From: a virus
Virus record (IMG/VR): IMGVR_UViG_3300032229_000759
Coordinates: 32,001-96,000 of that record
DNA: 64,000 nt
Strand: one strand, 5' to 3'
Below, in pieces: positions 50,953 through 60,371 of the stretch. Position 1 is the first letter of the stretch; each line of letters starts with the position of its first letter. The position numbers and the translations under genes were made by a program. The notes under the pieces are model-generated. The model saw nothing but the letters and a program-made list of their open reading frames with translations. It ran no database searches and was not told the origin of the DNA.

Positions 50953-51767
50953 TATTTTAATCCTAGCTTTGGGCAAGAAATGGTGGACGGCTTGTCTATT
51001 ACCCTATTATAAACAAGATTGTACCAAAAGTCATATTTATATGGATTATCTGTCATCGCATCGAATACAGAATAACATTCTTCATCTGTTGCTACGGTAT
51101 TAGGCCACATCTCTAAACCCAGAGCATGATCGACACCCCTATTGTATTTTGTTTCCGGGCTTAGTAGTTCGGAGTTAAACCAAAAAAATGTACCAGCATA
51201 ATGAAATTTAACACCAAACATATTACCATATATAGTTTTTAAGCATCCAATAAATTTATATTTATGAGTTAAAATTATTGGCTTGATATTATTAAAAAAT
51301 AAATCTAGATTATATTTATATAATGTATTTACCCATGCTGTTATCGCATAGTCTTTTTCTGAATGAGTACATCCTTTGCTATGACCATAAAAAGTATAGC
51401 TAGATTTGATATTATTAGCTTGTAGTAATTGAAATAATAGTGGTGATGCTTTATCAAAAAAGTGAAGGGTTTCACGACTATCGACGTTATTGATAACTGG
51501 TATAAATTGCACACCATGTGACTCAAATGTTTTGATAATTAAATTAAAAATTTTATTATTGTCAAATTTATTGTCTGGACTAGAAAGAGTAAATATTTTA
51601 TAGCCATTAAAAATTTCAATATGTTCTTTTATTTTGGATATGGCATAGCAAATCTTCTCATGCTCTATACAATGAAAATGAAAAATTAGATTAAATTTGA
51701 TTTCATTATCTTCTACTGGTGTTTTTTTATTTATAACATTTTTATTGCCAAATAGCCAATTAAGCAT
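50952..51767 (-). CDS. Hypothetical protein, putative glycosyltransferase-like
   Basis: FYGHSKG and HYAGTFFW motifs; lies inside glyco-cluster 2. Confidence 0.45.
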   Translation of the reverse strand: MLNWLFGNKNVINKKTPVEDNEIKFNLIFHFHCIEHEKICYAISKIKEHIEIFNGYKIFTLSSPDNKFDNNKIFNLIIKTFESHGVQFIPVINNVDSRETLHFFDKASPLLFQLLQANNIKSSYTFYGHSKGCTHSEKDYAITAWVNTLYKYNLDLFFNNIKPIILTHKYKFIGCLKTIYGNMFGVKFHYAGTFFWFNSELLSPETKYNRGVDHALGLEMWPNTVATDEECYSVFDAMTDNPYKYDFWYNLVYNRVIDKPSTISCPKLGLK

Positions 51768-52458
51768 AAGAGCCCCAATCGGCTAGTGGAGACAACCACT
51801 CTGTTTCACCATGAGTGCTATAGCCCGGAATAGAAGAAATTAAAAAAGCTTGATTTTGCATAAGTTCTATAAACATTTGAAAGTCGTTAGGGTGTGTAGA
51901 GGATGTCCATTTCCTTAATATTTGCTCGTATTTTTTTATGTTTTCTCCTGTACTAGCAAATGTCATGGTTGTGGAATTAGTAATTTTCCAATGACATGAC
52001 GATGTTAAATACACCCTAGTATTTTCAGCACCCCCTTTACAGAATTGATTTCCTCCTAATTCTGGGTCAAGATATTTATCTGGATGATCATATAGAGTAA
52101 TAAAAGGAAAATTAAGGCCAAAGCCTTCTAATAAAATTTTATCAGCCAGAGGCTTATGTAGATAATCGTTCTCTACAAAATATATTTGGGCTTCTGAAGG
52201 CAGCTTGAGAGCCATATCTAGGGCGATATTAAAAGTACCGGCTCCGTGCCCAACAGAAACTAAATGAATATTTTTATAATCAACTTTGCTACTTAAAAAC
52301 TCTAGTGTTTGTCCACTAACGTTATCGGCAATAATATATAAATTAGCCAGATAGTTATGAAAAATATTACAAAAATTATGAAAACAGGAATAGTTATTTA
52401 TGTAATTTGGTTTATTTTTTTTGTAACCATTATTAGATATTCTGTATATAATGTGCAT
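51760..52458 (-). CDS. Putative GT-A glycosyltransferase
   Basis: IIADN, IYFVENDYLH, LYDHPDKY. Confidence 0.6.
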   Translation of the reverse strand: MHIIYRISNNGYKKNKPNYINNYSCFHNFCNIFHNYLANLYIIADNVSGQTLEFLSSKVDYKNIHLVSVGHGAGTFNIALDMALKLPSEAQIYFVENDYLHKPLADKILLEGFGLNFPFITLYDHPDKYLDPELGGNQFCKGGAENTRVYLTSSCHWKITNSTTMTFASTGENIKKYEQILRKWTSSTHPNDFQMFIELMQNQAFLISSIPGYSTHGETEWLSPLADWGSYA

Positions 52459-52462
52459 AATT

Positions 52463-53050
52463 TTATCTTAAGTCTATAATAATACAGATATCGTCTGATC
52501 TATTGATGGATAAGCTGGCGTTATAAATAGATGCTTTACTTCTTAAATGTGTAGGTATTGAGGAAAAAACATCTACAGCTACTTCATGAGAAATAATGTC
52601 TTCTATAATATAGACGCCTTTAGGAGATAAAAATTGAGTACACGTGTTAACCAAGTGTTTTTGGAGAGAAGACTCATGAGAAGCATCGTCTATTATTAGA
52701 TCAAATGAATATTGCTTGTTGCGTAACCAGTCTAAAAAAATATCTAAAGAGACATCTCCCTCATAAAAATCATCAAATAAATCACACCAAATTAGTTTAG
52801 ATGGTATATGATGAGAAATAATGCCTTTGGTTAGATCTGCTCCTACTAAAAATTTACCAATCTTATTGTCTCTTAAAAATTTAGCAAAGCCACAAGAAGC
52901 TGTTCCTATTTCTAGTATGGTTTCTGGTTTTGTTATAAAAACAGAATTATATAAATTTTTATAGTTATGTCCCGCCTTAGCATCTAATAAAATACTACCT
53001 CTAAACTTATCTGTATCTTCTAATGATGATAAATAGTCAAACTCAAACAT
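52463..53050 (-). CDS. Class I SAM-dependent methyltransferase (sugar O-methyltransferase-like)
   Basis: ILEIGT, FDLIIDDASH, LSPKGVYIIED. Confidence 0.75.
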   Translation of the reverse strand: MFEFDYLSSLEDTDKFRGSILLDAKAGHNYKNLYNSVFITKPETILEIGTASCGFAKFLRDNKIGKFLVGADLTKGIISHHIPSKLIWCDLFDDFYEGDVSLDIFLDWLRNKQYSFDLIIDDASHESSLQKHLVNTCTQFLSPKGVYIIEDIISHEVAVDVFSSIPTHLRSKASIYNASLSINRSDDICIIIDLR

Positions 53051-53058
53051 ATTAAACC

Positions 53059-53664
53059 CTATAATAGTTTACTTACAGTAATGTCAAAATTGTTATGTTT
53101 AATCACTTGATAATTATTTTCTTTTAAATAGTCTATGGTTTTTTGTAGTTTAGAACCAGACTTAAATGGACCATCACTATGCACCGCTTCGAAAGTAATA
53201 TTATTAATATTATGCTTATTAAAATCGATACTTAATATAATGTCACAGTCATGGCCTTCCGTGTCGATATATAAATGCTCTATTATACCATCTAGTCCAT
53301 TATGAGCTATAAAATCTGTGAAGCTATAACACAGAACTCTTACTACAGCTATGTTACCAGAGTGCCCGTGCGTCACCAAATGATCATGGTTGAATGAGCA
53401 GTGTTCATCAAGATTATTTATATTGTTTCTTAGTTCTTTTTGATAATATAATTCTAAGTTTCCGGTATAGTTTGATATAGCACAATTATAAAATTTTATA
53501 TCGTTTAGTAATGTAAACGGCTCATAATTTTCTTTAAGTCTTTTAAAATTAGATTCTAGAGGTTCTATCAAATGTATTTGAGTATTATCAATACGAAGAC
53601 CAACAGCACTCATTAATTCATCTTTACCTCCACAGGCACCAATTTGTATAATGTGTTTTTTCAT
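53059..53664 (-). CDS. FkbM-family methyltransferase
   Basis: IQIGACGG, IEP, NCAIS, LYIDTEGHD, ITFE. Confidence 0.82.
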   Translation of the reverse strand: MKKHIIQIGACGGKDELMSAVGLRIDNTQIHLIEPLESNFKRLKENYEPFTLLNDIKFYNCAISNYTGNLELYYQKELRNNINNLDEHCSFNHDHLVTHGHSGNIAVVRVLCYSFTDFIAHNGLDGIIEHLYIDTEGHDCDIILSIDFNKHNINNITFEAVHSDGPFKSGSKLQKTIDYLKENNYQVIKHNNFDITVSKLL

Positions 53665-54296
53665 GTTAAAGTCTCATAAAAGGTATTCTGTTCTCTTTGT
53701 TTAAGAATATTTTTTTTATGTATGATAGCAAGATCGGGGGAGGCTTTAATTACTGCGTTCTGTGTATGTCCTGTGATGTGCTCATGAACTCTACCCTCCC
53801 ATTTAATGGAGGGTGAATTTCGATAGATTCTAGGTTGATAGTCTGGCCAATTAACCCAGCCAAACTCGTTGGTTTTCCATGACCATTTTTTTACATCTTC
53901 TGGCGTTAATCCTTCAACAATATTAATTCTTGGCAAATGATATAGATCTATATCCTGTGCTTCTTTAAGTATTTCTCTGTATGTCAAAAGCGTTTTTGGT
54001 TCTATAAGCTCATCAGCATCCAAATTAAAAATATATTTTTGTGATGCTAAAGAATTCATATAGTTTTTCATTTCAGCAAAATTATTTTCAAAATGAAACT
54101 CTGCATACTTATCAACAGACATAGATTTTATTATATCTTGAATTTCAGTATATAAACTAGACATCTTTTCGAGATCTCTTTGATATGTTTGCAAAACTAT
54201 GATTTCTTCATTGTCTGTTTTGTGAGTCTTTAATAGACTAAGGAGCTGGGTAATTTCATTTTTTTCTTGGTATGTAGAAATACAATAAGATATCAT
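53661..54296 (-). CDS. Glycosyltransferase family 2
   Basis: ISYCI, IFNLDADE, PRIN, WPDYQPRIY, VHE; likely start ATG 54296. Confidence 0.82.
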   Translation of the reverse strand: MISYCISTYQEKNEITQLLSLLKTHKTDNEEIIVLQTYQRDLEKMSSLYTEIQDIIKSMSVDKYAEFHFENNFAEMKNYMNSLASQKYIFNLDADELIEPKTLLTYREILKEAQDIDLYHLPRINIVEGLTPEDVKKWSWKTNEFGWVNWPDYQPRIYRNSPSIKWEGRVHEHITGHTQNAVIKASPDLAIIHKKNILKQREQNTFYETLT

Positions 54297-54754
54297 ATAG
54301 ATATTCCTTGCAGCCAAGATAGATCAGGATTGATATATTCAATACTCATGCCACTCATTTTGATAAATAAATCAAATCTGTTTTGTTGTTCTTGGTCAAA
54401 TAGGTGTGTGCCGTGTCCTTGTTTCATAAAAACTTTAGTAACTCCTTCTTGCCACAAAGCCATGATACAATCGTTGCATGACTGGCCAGTAACATAAGCT
54501 ATTCCATTTTCTGGCCTAATAGTACAATTAGATAGGGCGTTTCTTTCAGCATGAATCATCCAAGGATACTTATCTGGTCTGGTTTTAGGTAGCTGTGAAT
54601 CGTCTAGACCCTTGGGAAAACCATTGTACCCAACGCCTAAAATGCGATTGTTAGAGTCTGTAATAATACATCCGTGTTTGGTTTGTAGGTCATGACTACG
54701 CATCGACACCGCGTGTGCCAAACCAATAAAATATTCTTGCCAGCTAGGTCTCAT
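54293..54754 (-). CDS. dCMP deaminase (ComEB-like)
   Basis: RPSWQEYF, GYNG, HAERNA, CNDC; likely start ATG 54754. Confidence 0.9.
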   Translation of the reverse strand: MRPSWQEYFIGLAHAVSMRSHDLQTKHGCIITDSNNRILGVGYNGFPKGLDDSQLPKTRPDKYPWMIHAERNALSNCTIRPENGIAYVTGQSCNDCIMALWQEGVTKVFMKQGHGTHLFDQEQQNRFDLFIKMSGMSIEYINPDLSWLQGISI

Positions 54755-54759
54755 ATCAT

Positions 54760-54787
54760 GTAATAGAAAAAAGACAGATCGAGTCAA
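54760..54787 (-). promoter_or_regulatory. Candidate sigma70-type promoter for the dCMP deaminase/glyco-cluster 2 operon
   Basis: TTGACT-16 nt-TATTAC on the - strand; same geometry as the ssb promoter. Confidence 0.45.
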
Positions 54788-54797
54788 GGATCTAGAG

Positions 54798-57521
54798 TTA
54801 TTCGAGATTGTCTACACAACTGTTATCTGATGTAATTTCACCAGCCACGTTTCCATAATTGCATGAGCCGCTTACAAACACAGCATTACCTAGTACAGAA
54901 CCATAATTATTAGAATAGTTGATAAAATAACCAGAAGATTGAATCGTACCATAATTGTTTGATCTTGAAAAAAATCCACGATTTAAATCTCCTTGGTTCG
55001 TGCTGGAACTAAATGTACCAAACTGTACCTTACCAAAGTTATAACTATCGCTATTAAAATAACCTTCTAGCAAAGCTCCAAAATTATTACTGTTAGAAGT
55101 AAAATAAGATGTGGTTTTGGTGTTTCCGGCATTAGTAGCATTATTAAAAGTAACGACACCCACATTGTCTAGACTGCCACTATTTGTTCCAAAATAGAAT
55201 GACACATTACCGGATCCAGTGATATTGCCCTCGTTGTTTGCTAAAACCCCACTAAATGTAACTGTGCCATTTAATTTAATGTTATCTTTATTTTTACTGG
55301 AGTCATTAAACAATAAATTATTAGCATTATTAATACTACCTAAATTAATAGAATAATTATAAAATTTAATATTTTTTTGTTGAGACTCAATACTTGATAA
55401 GTTTTGACTATAATCAAAAAATTCTATAATAGAACCGTCTATATCTGACTTATTAGATGAAAAATTATAAAATTTAGCCCTAGATAAAATGTTACCCTCG
55501 TTAATTCCACTATTAATAAAAGTACCTAAATCAACTTCTCCTCTGTTGATAGAATATAAGCCAAATTGTGCTTCATAACAGGTTTTATAGTTAATAGCAT
55601 TTTCAGAAAAAAAACTAGCAGATAAACCTGTTCCATAATTTTGACTATTTCCAATAAAATTGACTAGGTTCGCCATGCCATAGTTTTTGCTTTCATTTCC
55701 AAAAATAGCAGCCTCTATTACGGATCCATAATTCTTACTAACATTATAAAATGATCCATTTTTAATTATACCACTATTAACACTACTTCCACTAAAATAA
55801 CAAAAATCACCCAATCCTTGATTTATGCTGTTGCCATTAAAATACATATTAACACCACTGCCATCAACGTCCGACACGGATCTGTCATAAAAATTACCCA
55901 GAGACTGTATTTTATTTGAGTTTTTAGATTGATTATAAAATGATCCAGAAAGACTGACTATCTTTTTATTAGAACTACTGTCATAAAACAATCCGTGTCT
56001 TATGGTTCCAGAATTAATGCCGCTGCTATAGAAATATCCCGAGCCTTGGCTAATATTACCGCTTGCGCCATTATTTGATCCGTTATAAAAATATATTTGT
56101 CTACCGTTTATTGTTCCTAGGTTATGTGATTGGTTGTAAAAATAAATTAAATTGGAACCATTAATACTATTATTATTCAAAGCTTTACTATCAAAAGCGA
56201 TGTTTTTGGCTTGATTAATACTTCCTTTATTTGGAGAGTTTTGAAAAATACAATTAGTAATATCTGTAACATTACCCCTATTTTCACAGCCAGATTGAAA
56301 TATGCATGTATTAATCTGAGATAGATCGTTTTCATTATGAGAATTATTTAAAAATTCTATTTTTATACCGGAGCCGGTAATATGTCCATTGTTTGTAGAA
56401 AAATCTGAAAACTGAATATTGCAAGTAGCGTCACTAGAAATGTCACCATTATTTGAAGACATATTAAAATTGATAATACCGATGCCATCTATTGATCCGC
56501 TGCTAGCATTTGCAGAATTTCTGAAGTCGCAGGAGCCACTCGTCAAAGTACCGTGATTGGTGGAATATTCTAAAATTGAATTGCCTAAAACTTTACCATA
56601 ATTGTTAGCAAAAATAAATTTAGTATTATTTAAAAGCTTGCCATAATTAGATGCATTCCCACTAAAAAGACTTAAGCCATCTACAGCTCCATAATTAGTA
56701 GAAGATCCTAAAAATTGACTATAGCCAGAAACGATACCGTAATTATTAGAATCAATAAAAATAGTAGGACCCACACAAGTACTATAATTATTACTACCAG
56801 AAAAAACAACAGGACCACTTAAAACGCCATTATTAGTACTATTAATAAATAATAGTTTGCCATCAAGAACTCCGTTATTTGTGCTGTTGTCAAAAGTAAA
56901 ATTACCATATCCACTAGCAATAGATATCGAGTTGTTAATAAAACTAAATGTGCCATCCAACAAAATGCCACTATCTTGAATATCGCAAGCGTCGAAGATG
57001 CCAGAGGTGCTTTGTATAATATTTTGAAATTGTTCTCTTCTTTTAGTTATGTCTGTATTAACAAACTGAACAGTCTCTGTGCTGATATAACAGTCTTCGA
57101 GTTGCGAATTCAAGATGAGTCCCGACTTAGCTATATCTAATACAGTATGTTTAATAATTCCACTATCTATAGATAAAGATGCAATAGACCACTCACACAC
57201 GCTGTCTGATTCCCAGTGTTCACATAGTATGTAGGGGTCTATAATTAATATCTCCCCTTCCATTCTCTCGCACCCAAAAGAAAAATAAACCGGGTCTTCT
57301 GGATCAATTAATGTACCAGCTATAATTTTTAAATTAGTAAATTCTAATAAAGGTATACGATTAAAACATGAATCAATAGATAAATTTAAAATATAATTAG
57401 TCGGTATAATGCTTGCATCATCTATTTCATTTCTGGGAATAGCTCGGTTTGGTTTTGATAACTGATCGTCTTTGTACCAATTATTAGGATTACAAAAGAC
57501 TGGAGAAGACGGTTGTGTCAT
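54798..57521 (-). CDS. Asn/Gly/Ser-rich beta-solenoid repeat protein
   Basis: Dozens of ~15-18-aa F-x(2,3)-S-x-N-x-G repeats over ~700 aa. Confidence 0.65.
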   Translation of the reverse strand: MTQPSSPVFCNPNNWYKDDQLSKPNRAIPRNEIDDASIIPTNYILNLSIDSCFNRIPLLEFTNLKIIAGTLIDPEDPVYFSFGCERMEGEILIIDPYILCEHWESDSVCEWSIASLSIDSGIIKHTVLDIAKSGLILNSQLEDCYISTETVQFVNTDITKRREQFQNIIQSTSGIFDACDIQDSGILLDGTFSFINNSISIASGYGNFTFDNSTNNGVLDGKLLFINSTNNGVLSGPVVFSGSNNYSTCVGPTIFIDSNNYGIVSGYSQFLGSSTNYGAVDGLSLFSGNASNYGKLLNNTKFIFANNYGKVLGNSILEYSTNHGTLTSGSCDFRNSANASSGSIDGIGIINFNMSSNNGDISSDATCNIQFSDFSTNNGHITGSGIKIEFLNNSHNENDLSQINTCIFQSGCENRGNVTDITNCIFQNSPNKGSINQAKNIAFDSKALNNNSINGSNLIYFYNQSHNLGTINGRQIYFYNGSNNGASGNISQGSGYFYSSGINSGTIRHGLFYDSSSNKKIVSLSGSFYNQSKNSNKIQSLGNFYDRSVSDVDGSGVNMYFNGNSINQGLGDFCYFSGSSVNSGIIKNGSFYNVSKNYGSVIEAAIFGNESKNYGMANLVNFIGNSQNYGTGLSASFFSENAINYKTCYEAQFGLYSINRGEVDLGTFINSGINEGNILSRAKFYNFSSNKSDIDGSIIEFFDYSQNLSSIESQQKNIKFYNYSINLGSINNANNLLFNDSSKNKDNIKLNGTVTFSGVLANNEGNITGSGNVSFYFGTNSGSLDNVGVVTFNNATNAGNTKTTSYFTSNSNNFGALLEGYFNSDSYNFGKVQFGTFSSSTNQGDLNRGFFSRSNNYGTIQSSGYFINYSNNYGSVLGNAVFVSGSCNYGNVAGEITSDNSCVDNLE

Positions 57522-57536
57522 ATAAATTATATTATA

Positions 57537-59114
57537 CTAGGGTTTAAAATATAAAGGACCCATATTATCATTTAATAATTTATATTTATGTATAGGATAA
57601 AAAGGTCTATAATCTAAATTTTGAGCAGGGAAGCCGTCTACTAGGGACAATGCGACTATTAAACCAAATGCTCGTTGTCTGTCTGAGCACTCAAAAGGAA
57701 CACAAGATCCTTGTTCTGTACAACCTCTGGTCCTGTTTTGATCTTCTGGTAGACAGGGCGGTGGGCAATATTGATCTTGACAATCTATAAAATCAGGAGC
57801 CCTATTGAATCTTGTTATACAATTTAAGTGACTTTCTGTGATTAAAAAACTACCCGGAGGAATAGGTCCCCAACTAGGTTCTCCTCCACTATTCCATTCT
57901 CCCCAACTATTAGCTATTAAAAAAACACATTCTGGATATTCAATTTTAGTATCATCGTATCCTATAATATTATATGTATGATAAATATTTTTATCTGGAT
58001 AAGTTAAACCTGTTGAGTCCCTCTGGTCTGGAAAACCCACGTTAGTAAATAATAAAACACCATATCCATTATATAATAAGTCTTTAACACTAGAGATAAT
58101 ATTTGTTGTAACAGCAGATATCGTTCGTGCTCTCTGTACATTTTTAAGATCCTCTACATTGCCGTATGAATCATAAAAAGATTTTTGAGTGTCTTCTTCG
58201 TTTTGTTTTTTAATTTCTATAACAGTATTATTAATATAATCGTAACCATTTAATGATTGAAAATGTTTTAGAAACATGTCATTATGACAAGCATAAAAAT
58301 TAGATCCTGTATTATTAATAAAATTAGCATAACCCCCATAGCTTTTTCTTTTTAGTATACCTATGTGTTTCAAAATTTTATCAATCCAACCAGACAAAAC
58401 ATTTCCTCCAAATAAATTGTCTTCAGTCGGTACTAAATACGAAAAATCAAACCGACTTGTTCCTGGACCTCCACAACATTCATTGATTCTGCGAACACAA
58501 TCTCCACCACAACAAGGGTTGTCACCAGTATCGTCTTCCGGACAGGCTCCACAACTACCGCATATTTTACTCCCATCTTCAGCTAAACCACAGGAGTGCG
58601 GCGCTCCAACTGCACCAATAATTGTACCTCCATTTTTTGTATTTTCTATACAACTCATATCCCCACAGCCAGTAGCCCTACCAGATAAATTTGTTTCTGA
58701 TATAATATCTGGTCCTAGCATCATCAAACAATCCCAAAGAGAATTACCACAAAAATATTCTAAATATTCCGTCGCCATTCGATGCTCCCATTTAGTATAT
58801 GACCTACTAGCTTCTATGGCACACGCTCTGGCGAGATCACAGCCGTTTCGTACAGCATGGGACGTTCCGCTTTTAATAGTGGGTTGAATTTCTGTAAAAG
58901 CTCCAGCATCTATAGTGGTCAAAAACTTGTAGGGTAATCCTAATTGGTTAGCTCCGCTACCATCAATTTTTTGAGAAATTTTATTATAACATGGATACTT
59001 CACATGTTTCAAAAATTGTACCATCCTTATCAAGTCATAAGGAGTACCCACACCCTCATAATTTATACAGGGGTTTAAAGAATATTGATAATATAATTGT
59101 TTGGGTGTTAACAT
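57537..59114 (-). CDS. Papain-like (C1) peptidase homologue lacking the catalytic Cys, with Cys-rich inserts
   Basis: Aligns with 60398-61324; EIQPTIKSGTSHA replaces ERQVTGDCVSHA; H..IIGYDD and IANSWG retained. Confidence 0.75.
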   Translation of the reverse strand: MLTPKQLYYQYSLNPCINYEGVGTPYDLIRMVQFLKHVKYPCYNKISQKIDGSGANQLGLPYKFLTTIDAGAFTEIQPTIKSGTSHAVRNGCDLARACAIEASRSYTKWEHRMATEYLEYFCGNSLWDCLMMLGPDIISETNLSGRATGCGDMSCIENTKNGGTIIGAVGAPHSCGLAEDGSKICGSCGACPEDDTGDNPCCGGDCVRRINECCGGPGTSRFDFSYLVPTEDNLFGGNVLSGWIDKILKHIGILKRKSYGGYANFINNTGSNFYACHNDMFLKHFQSLNGYDYINNTVIEIKKQNEEDTQKSFYDSYGNVEDLKNVQRARTISAVTTNIISSVKDLLYNGYGVLLFTNVGFPDQRDSTGLTYPDKNIYHTYNIIGYDDTKIEYPECVFLIANSWGEWNSGGEPSWGPIPPGSFLITESHLNCITRFNRAPDFIDCQDQYCPPPCLPEDQNRTRGCTEQGSCVPFECSDRQRAFGLIVALSLVDGFPAQNLDYRPFYPIHKYKLLNDNMGPLYFKP

Positions 59115-59151
59115 AGTTAGCCATAATACGAGATAAGCTATCTATGATATA

Positions 59152-59158
59152 ATACACT
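59152..59158 (-). promoter_or_regulatory. Intergenic AGTGTAT motif upstream of the pseudopeptidase
   Basis: - strand reads GAGTGTATTATATCAT. Confidence 0.4.
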
Positions 59159-59173
59159 CTTGTAATATTTTGA

Positions 59174-59422
59174 CTAATTTGTTGTTAGCTTATTATATAA
59201 CACTAGTGATAAAACAGCCCCTGCTGCACCAGCAAATAAACCGGCTGGAGACAATGAATCGTAACTACCTATTAAATATAGAATAGCTCCACCCATATAG
59301 GATCCAGCTACGCCTAAAGCTACGGTTTTTATAAATCCAAAATTCTCTTCTCCGGGCACTATGCTTTTAGCAATAGATCCCACGAATAAACCATAAACAC
59401 ACCACACTAATAAACTAAACAT
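59174..59422 (-). CDS. GlsB/YeaQ/YmgE (transglycosylase-associated) membrane protein
   Basis: GLFVGSIAKSIVPG, LGVAGSYMGG, AAGAVL; three TM helices. Confidence 0.82.
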   Translation of the reverse strand: MFSLLVWCVYGLFVGSIAKSIVPGEENFGFIKTVALGVAGSYMGGAILYLIGSYDSLSPAGLFAGAAGAVLSLVLYNKLTTN

Positions 59423-59813
59423 TTGCTGTCTCCACTAGGGTTTGTAGTTCTTCATCCGTGAGGGTTTCTCCGTTGTCTAAAAGACTATTAACTATTGACA
59501 AAGAATATTTATTATAATCATCAGGCTTCATTTCTCTTCTTAAGAGTTTCTTGATTCTCATTTTAGTAAACCATCCTCGGCGAACACTATACTCTTTTAC
59601 TTGTTCTCCATATAATGAGTATTTCTCGGATAGTGAGCAATCTTTATTCAATTTATTTTTATTGCATTCTTGTAGTATTCTTATCAAAGTAAGTATAATA
59701 CTAATTATCATCAAAATAGTAAAGGGGTCGAAACTATGATTATCATTCTTAGGAAGATTAGACTTCTCTAAAACTTTTAATGCAATATTTTTAAGTTGTT
59801 CTTTATTATCCAT
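59415..59813 (-). CDS. Putative membrane protein
   Basis: Hydrophobic segment DPFTILMIISIILTLIRILQEC. Confidence 0.55.
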   Translation of the reverse strand: MDNKEQLKNIALKVLEKSNLPKNDNHSFDPFTILMIISIILTLIRILQECNKNKLNKDCSLSEKYSLYGEQVKEYSVRRGWFTKMRIKKLLRREMKPDDYNKYSLSIVNSLLDNGETLTDEELQTLVETANV

Positions 59814-59815
59814 TA

Positions 59816-60139
59816 TTATTTACCTTGTGGCTTTTTAATAGGGCAAACACCATTGGGACAATCATTTTTGACTGGGGCAGCCGCGGCTTGAGTTGACAAT
59901 CCTTGTTCTGGTTCGCAATAATTACACTCTATTTTTTTAATACCATCACCACTCATATACCATCCCTTGCCTTTGCAAACGGGACAATCTTTGCGCTTGT
60001 GTTTAACAACAGCGTTGTCTGAATGCTTGCTTTTAATAATAGCTCCAGCAAGTGTTACTGGAGCGGTCGTAGATCCATAATATGGTCCGCTGAACCATAA
60101 TAATGAAACACCCAATAAACAAATAATGCTTTTATTCAT
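59816..60139 (-). CDS. Signal-anchored protein with DnaJ-like CxxCxGxG zinc finger
   Basis: N-terminal hydrophobic segment, CPVCKGKG..CNYC, C-terminal CPNGVCP. Confidence 0.6.
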   Translation of the reverse strand: MNKSIICLLGVSLLWFSGPYYGSTTAPVTLAGAIIKSKHSDNAVVKHKRKDCPVCKGKGWYMSGDGIKKIECNYCEPEQGLSTQAAAAPVKNDCPNGVCPIKKPQGK

Positions 60140-60140
60140 T

Positions 60141-60344
60141 TTATTTTCTCCATGGAAGAGGAACTATATTGTCTATAGTATCAACCACTTTTTTAAGAGG
60201 TCGTGGACGATTAGGTTTATTTACTGGGGGATTGTCAACTTTAGGCTTTGGAGATAGTTTGATTATTAGATTAACCAAACGTTCAAGAACACTTACTATC
60301 AGATTTACGAGACCTCGTATTTTTAATCGATCTCTAAGATTCAT
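60141..60344 (-). CDS. Small basic amphipathic protein
   Basis: AAGGAG Shine-Dalgarno before ATG 60344; 67 aa. Confidence 0.55.
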   Translation of the reverse strand: MNLRDRLKIRGLVNLIVSVLERLVNLIIKLSPKPKVDNPPVNKPNRPRPLKKVVDTIDNIVPLPWRK

Positions 60345-60371
60345 AGAATACTCCTTATGGTATATATTATA

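Noticed and set aside
54798-57521. DNA-level tandem repeat or array
   Set aside because: Recurring ccataatt/attatt words only reflect the encoded N-Y-G/N-N-G repeats; there are no identical spaced DNA repeats.
58363-58887. 174-aa Pro/Gln-rich antisense ORF
   Set aside because: Its composition is the reverse complement of the Gly/Cys-rich insert of the pseudoprotease.
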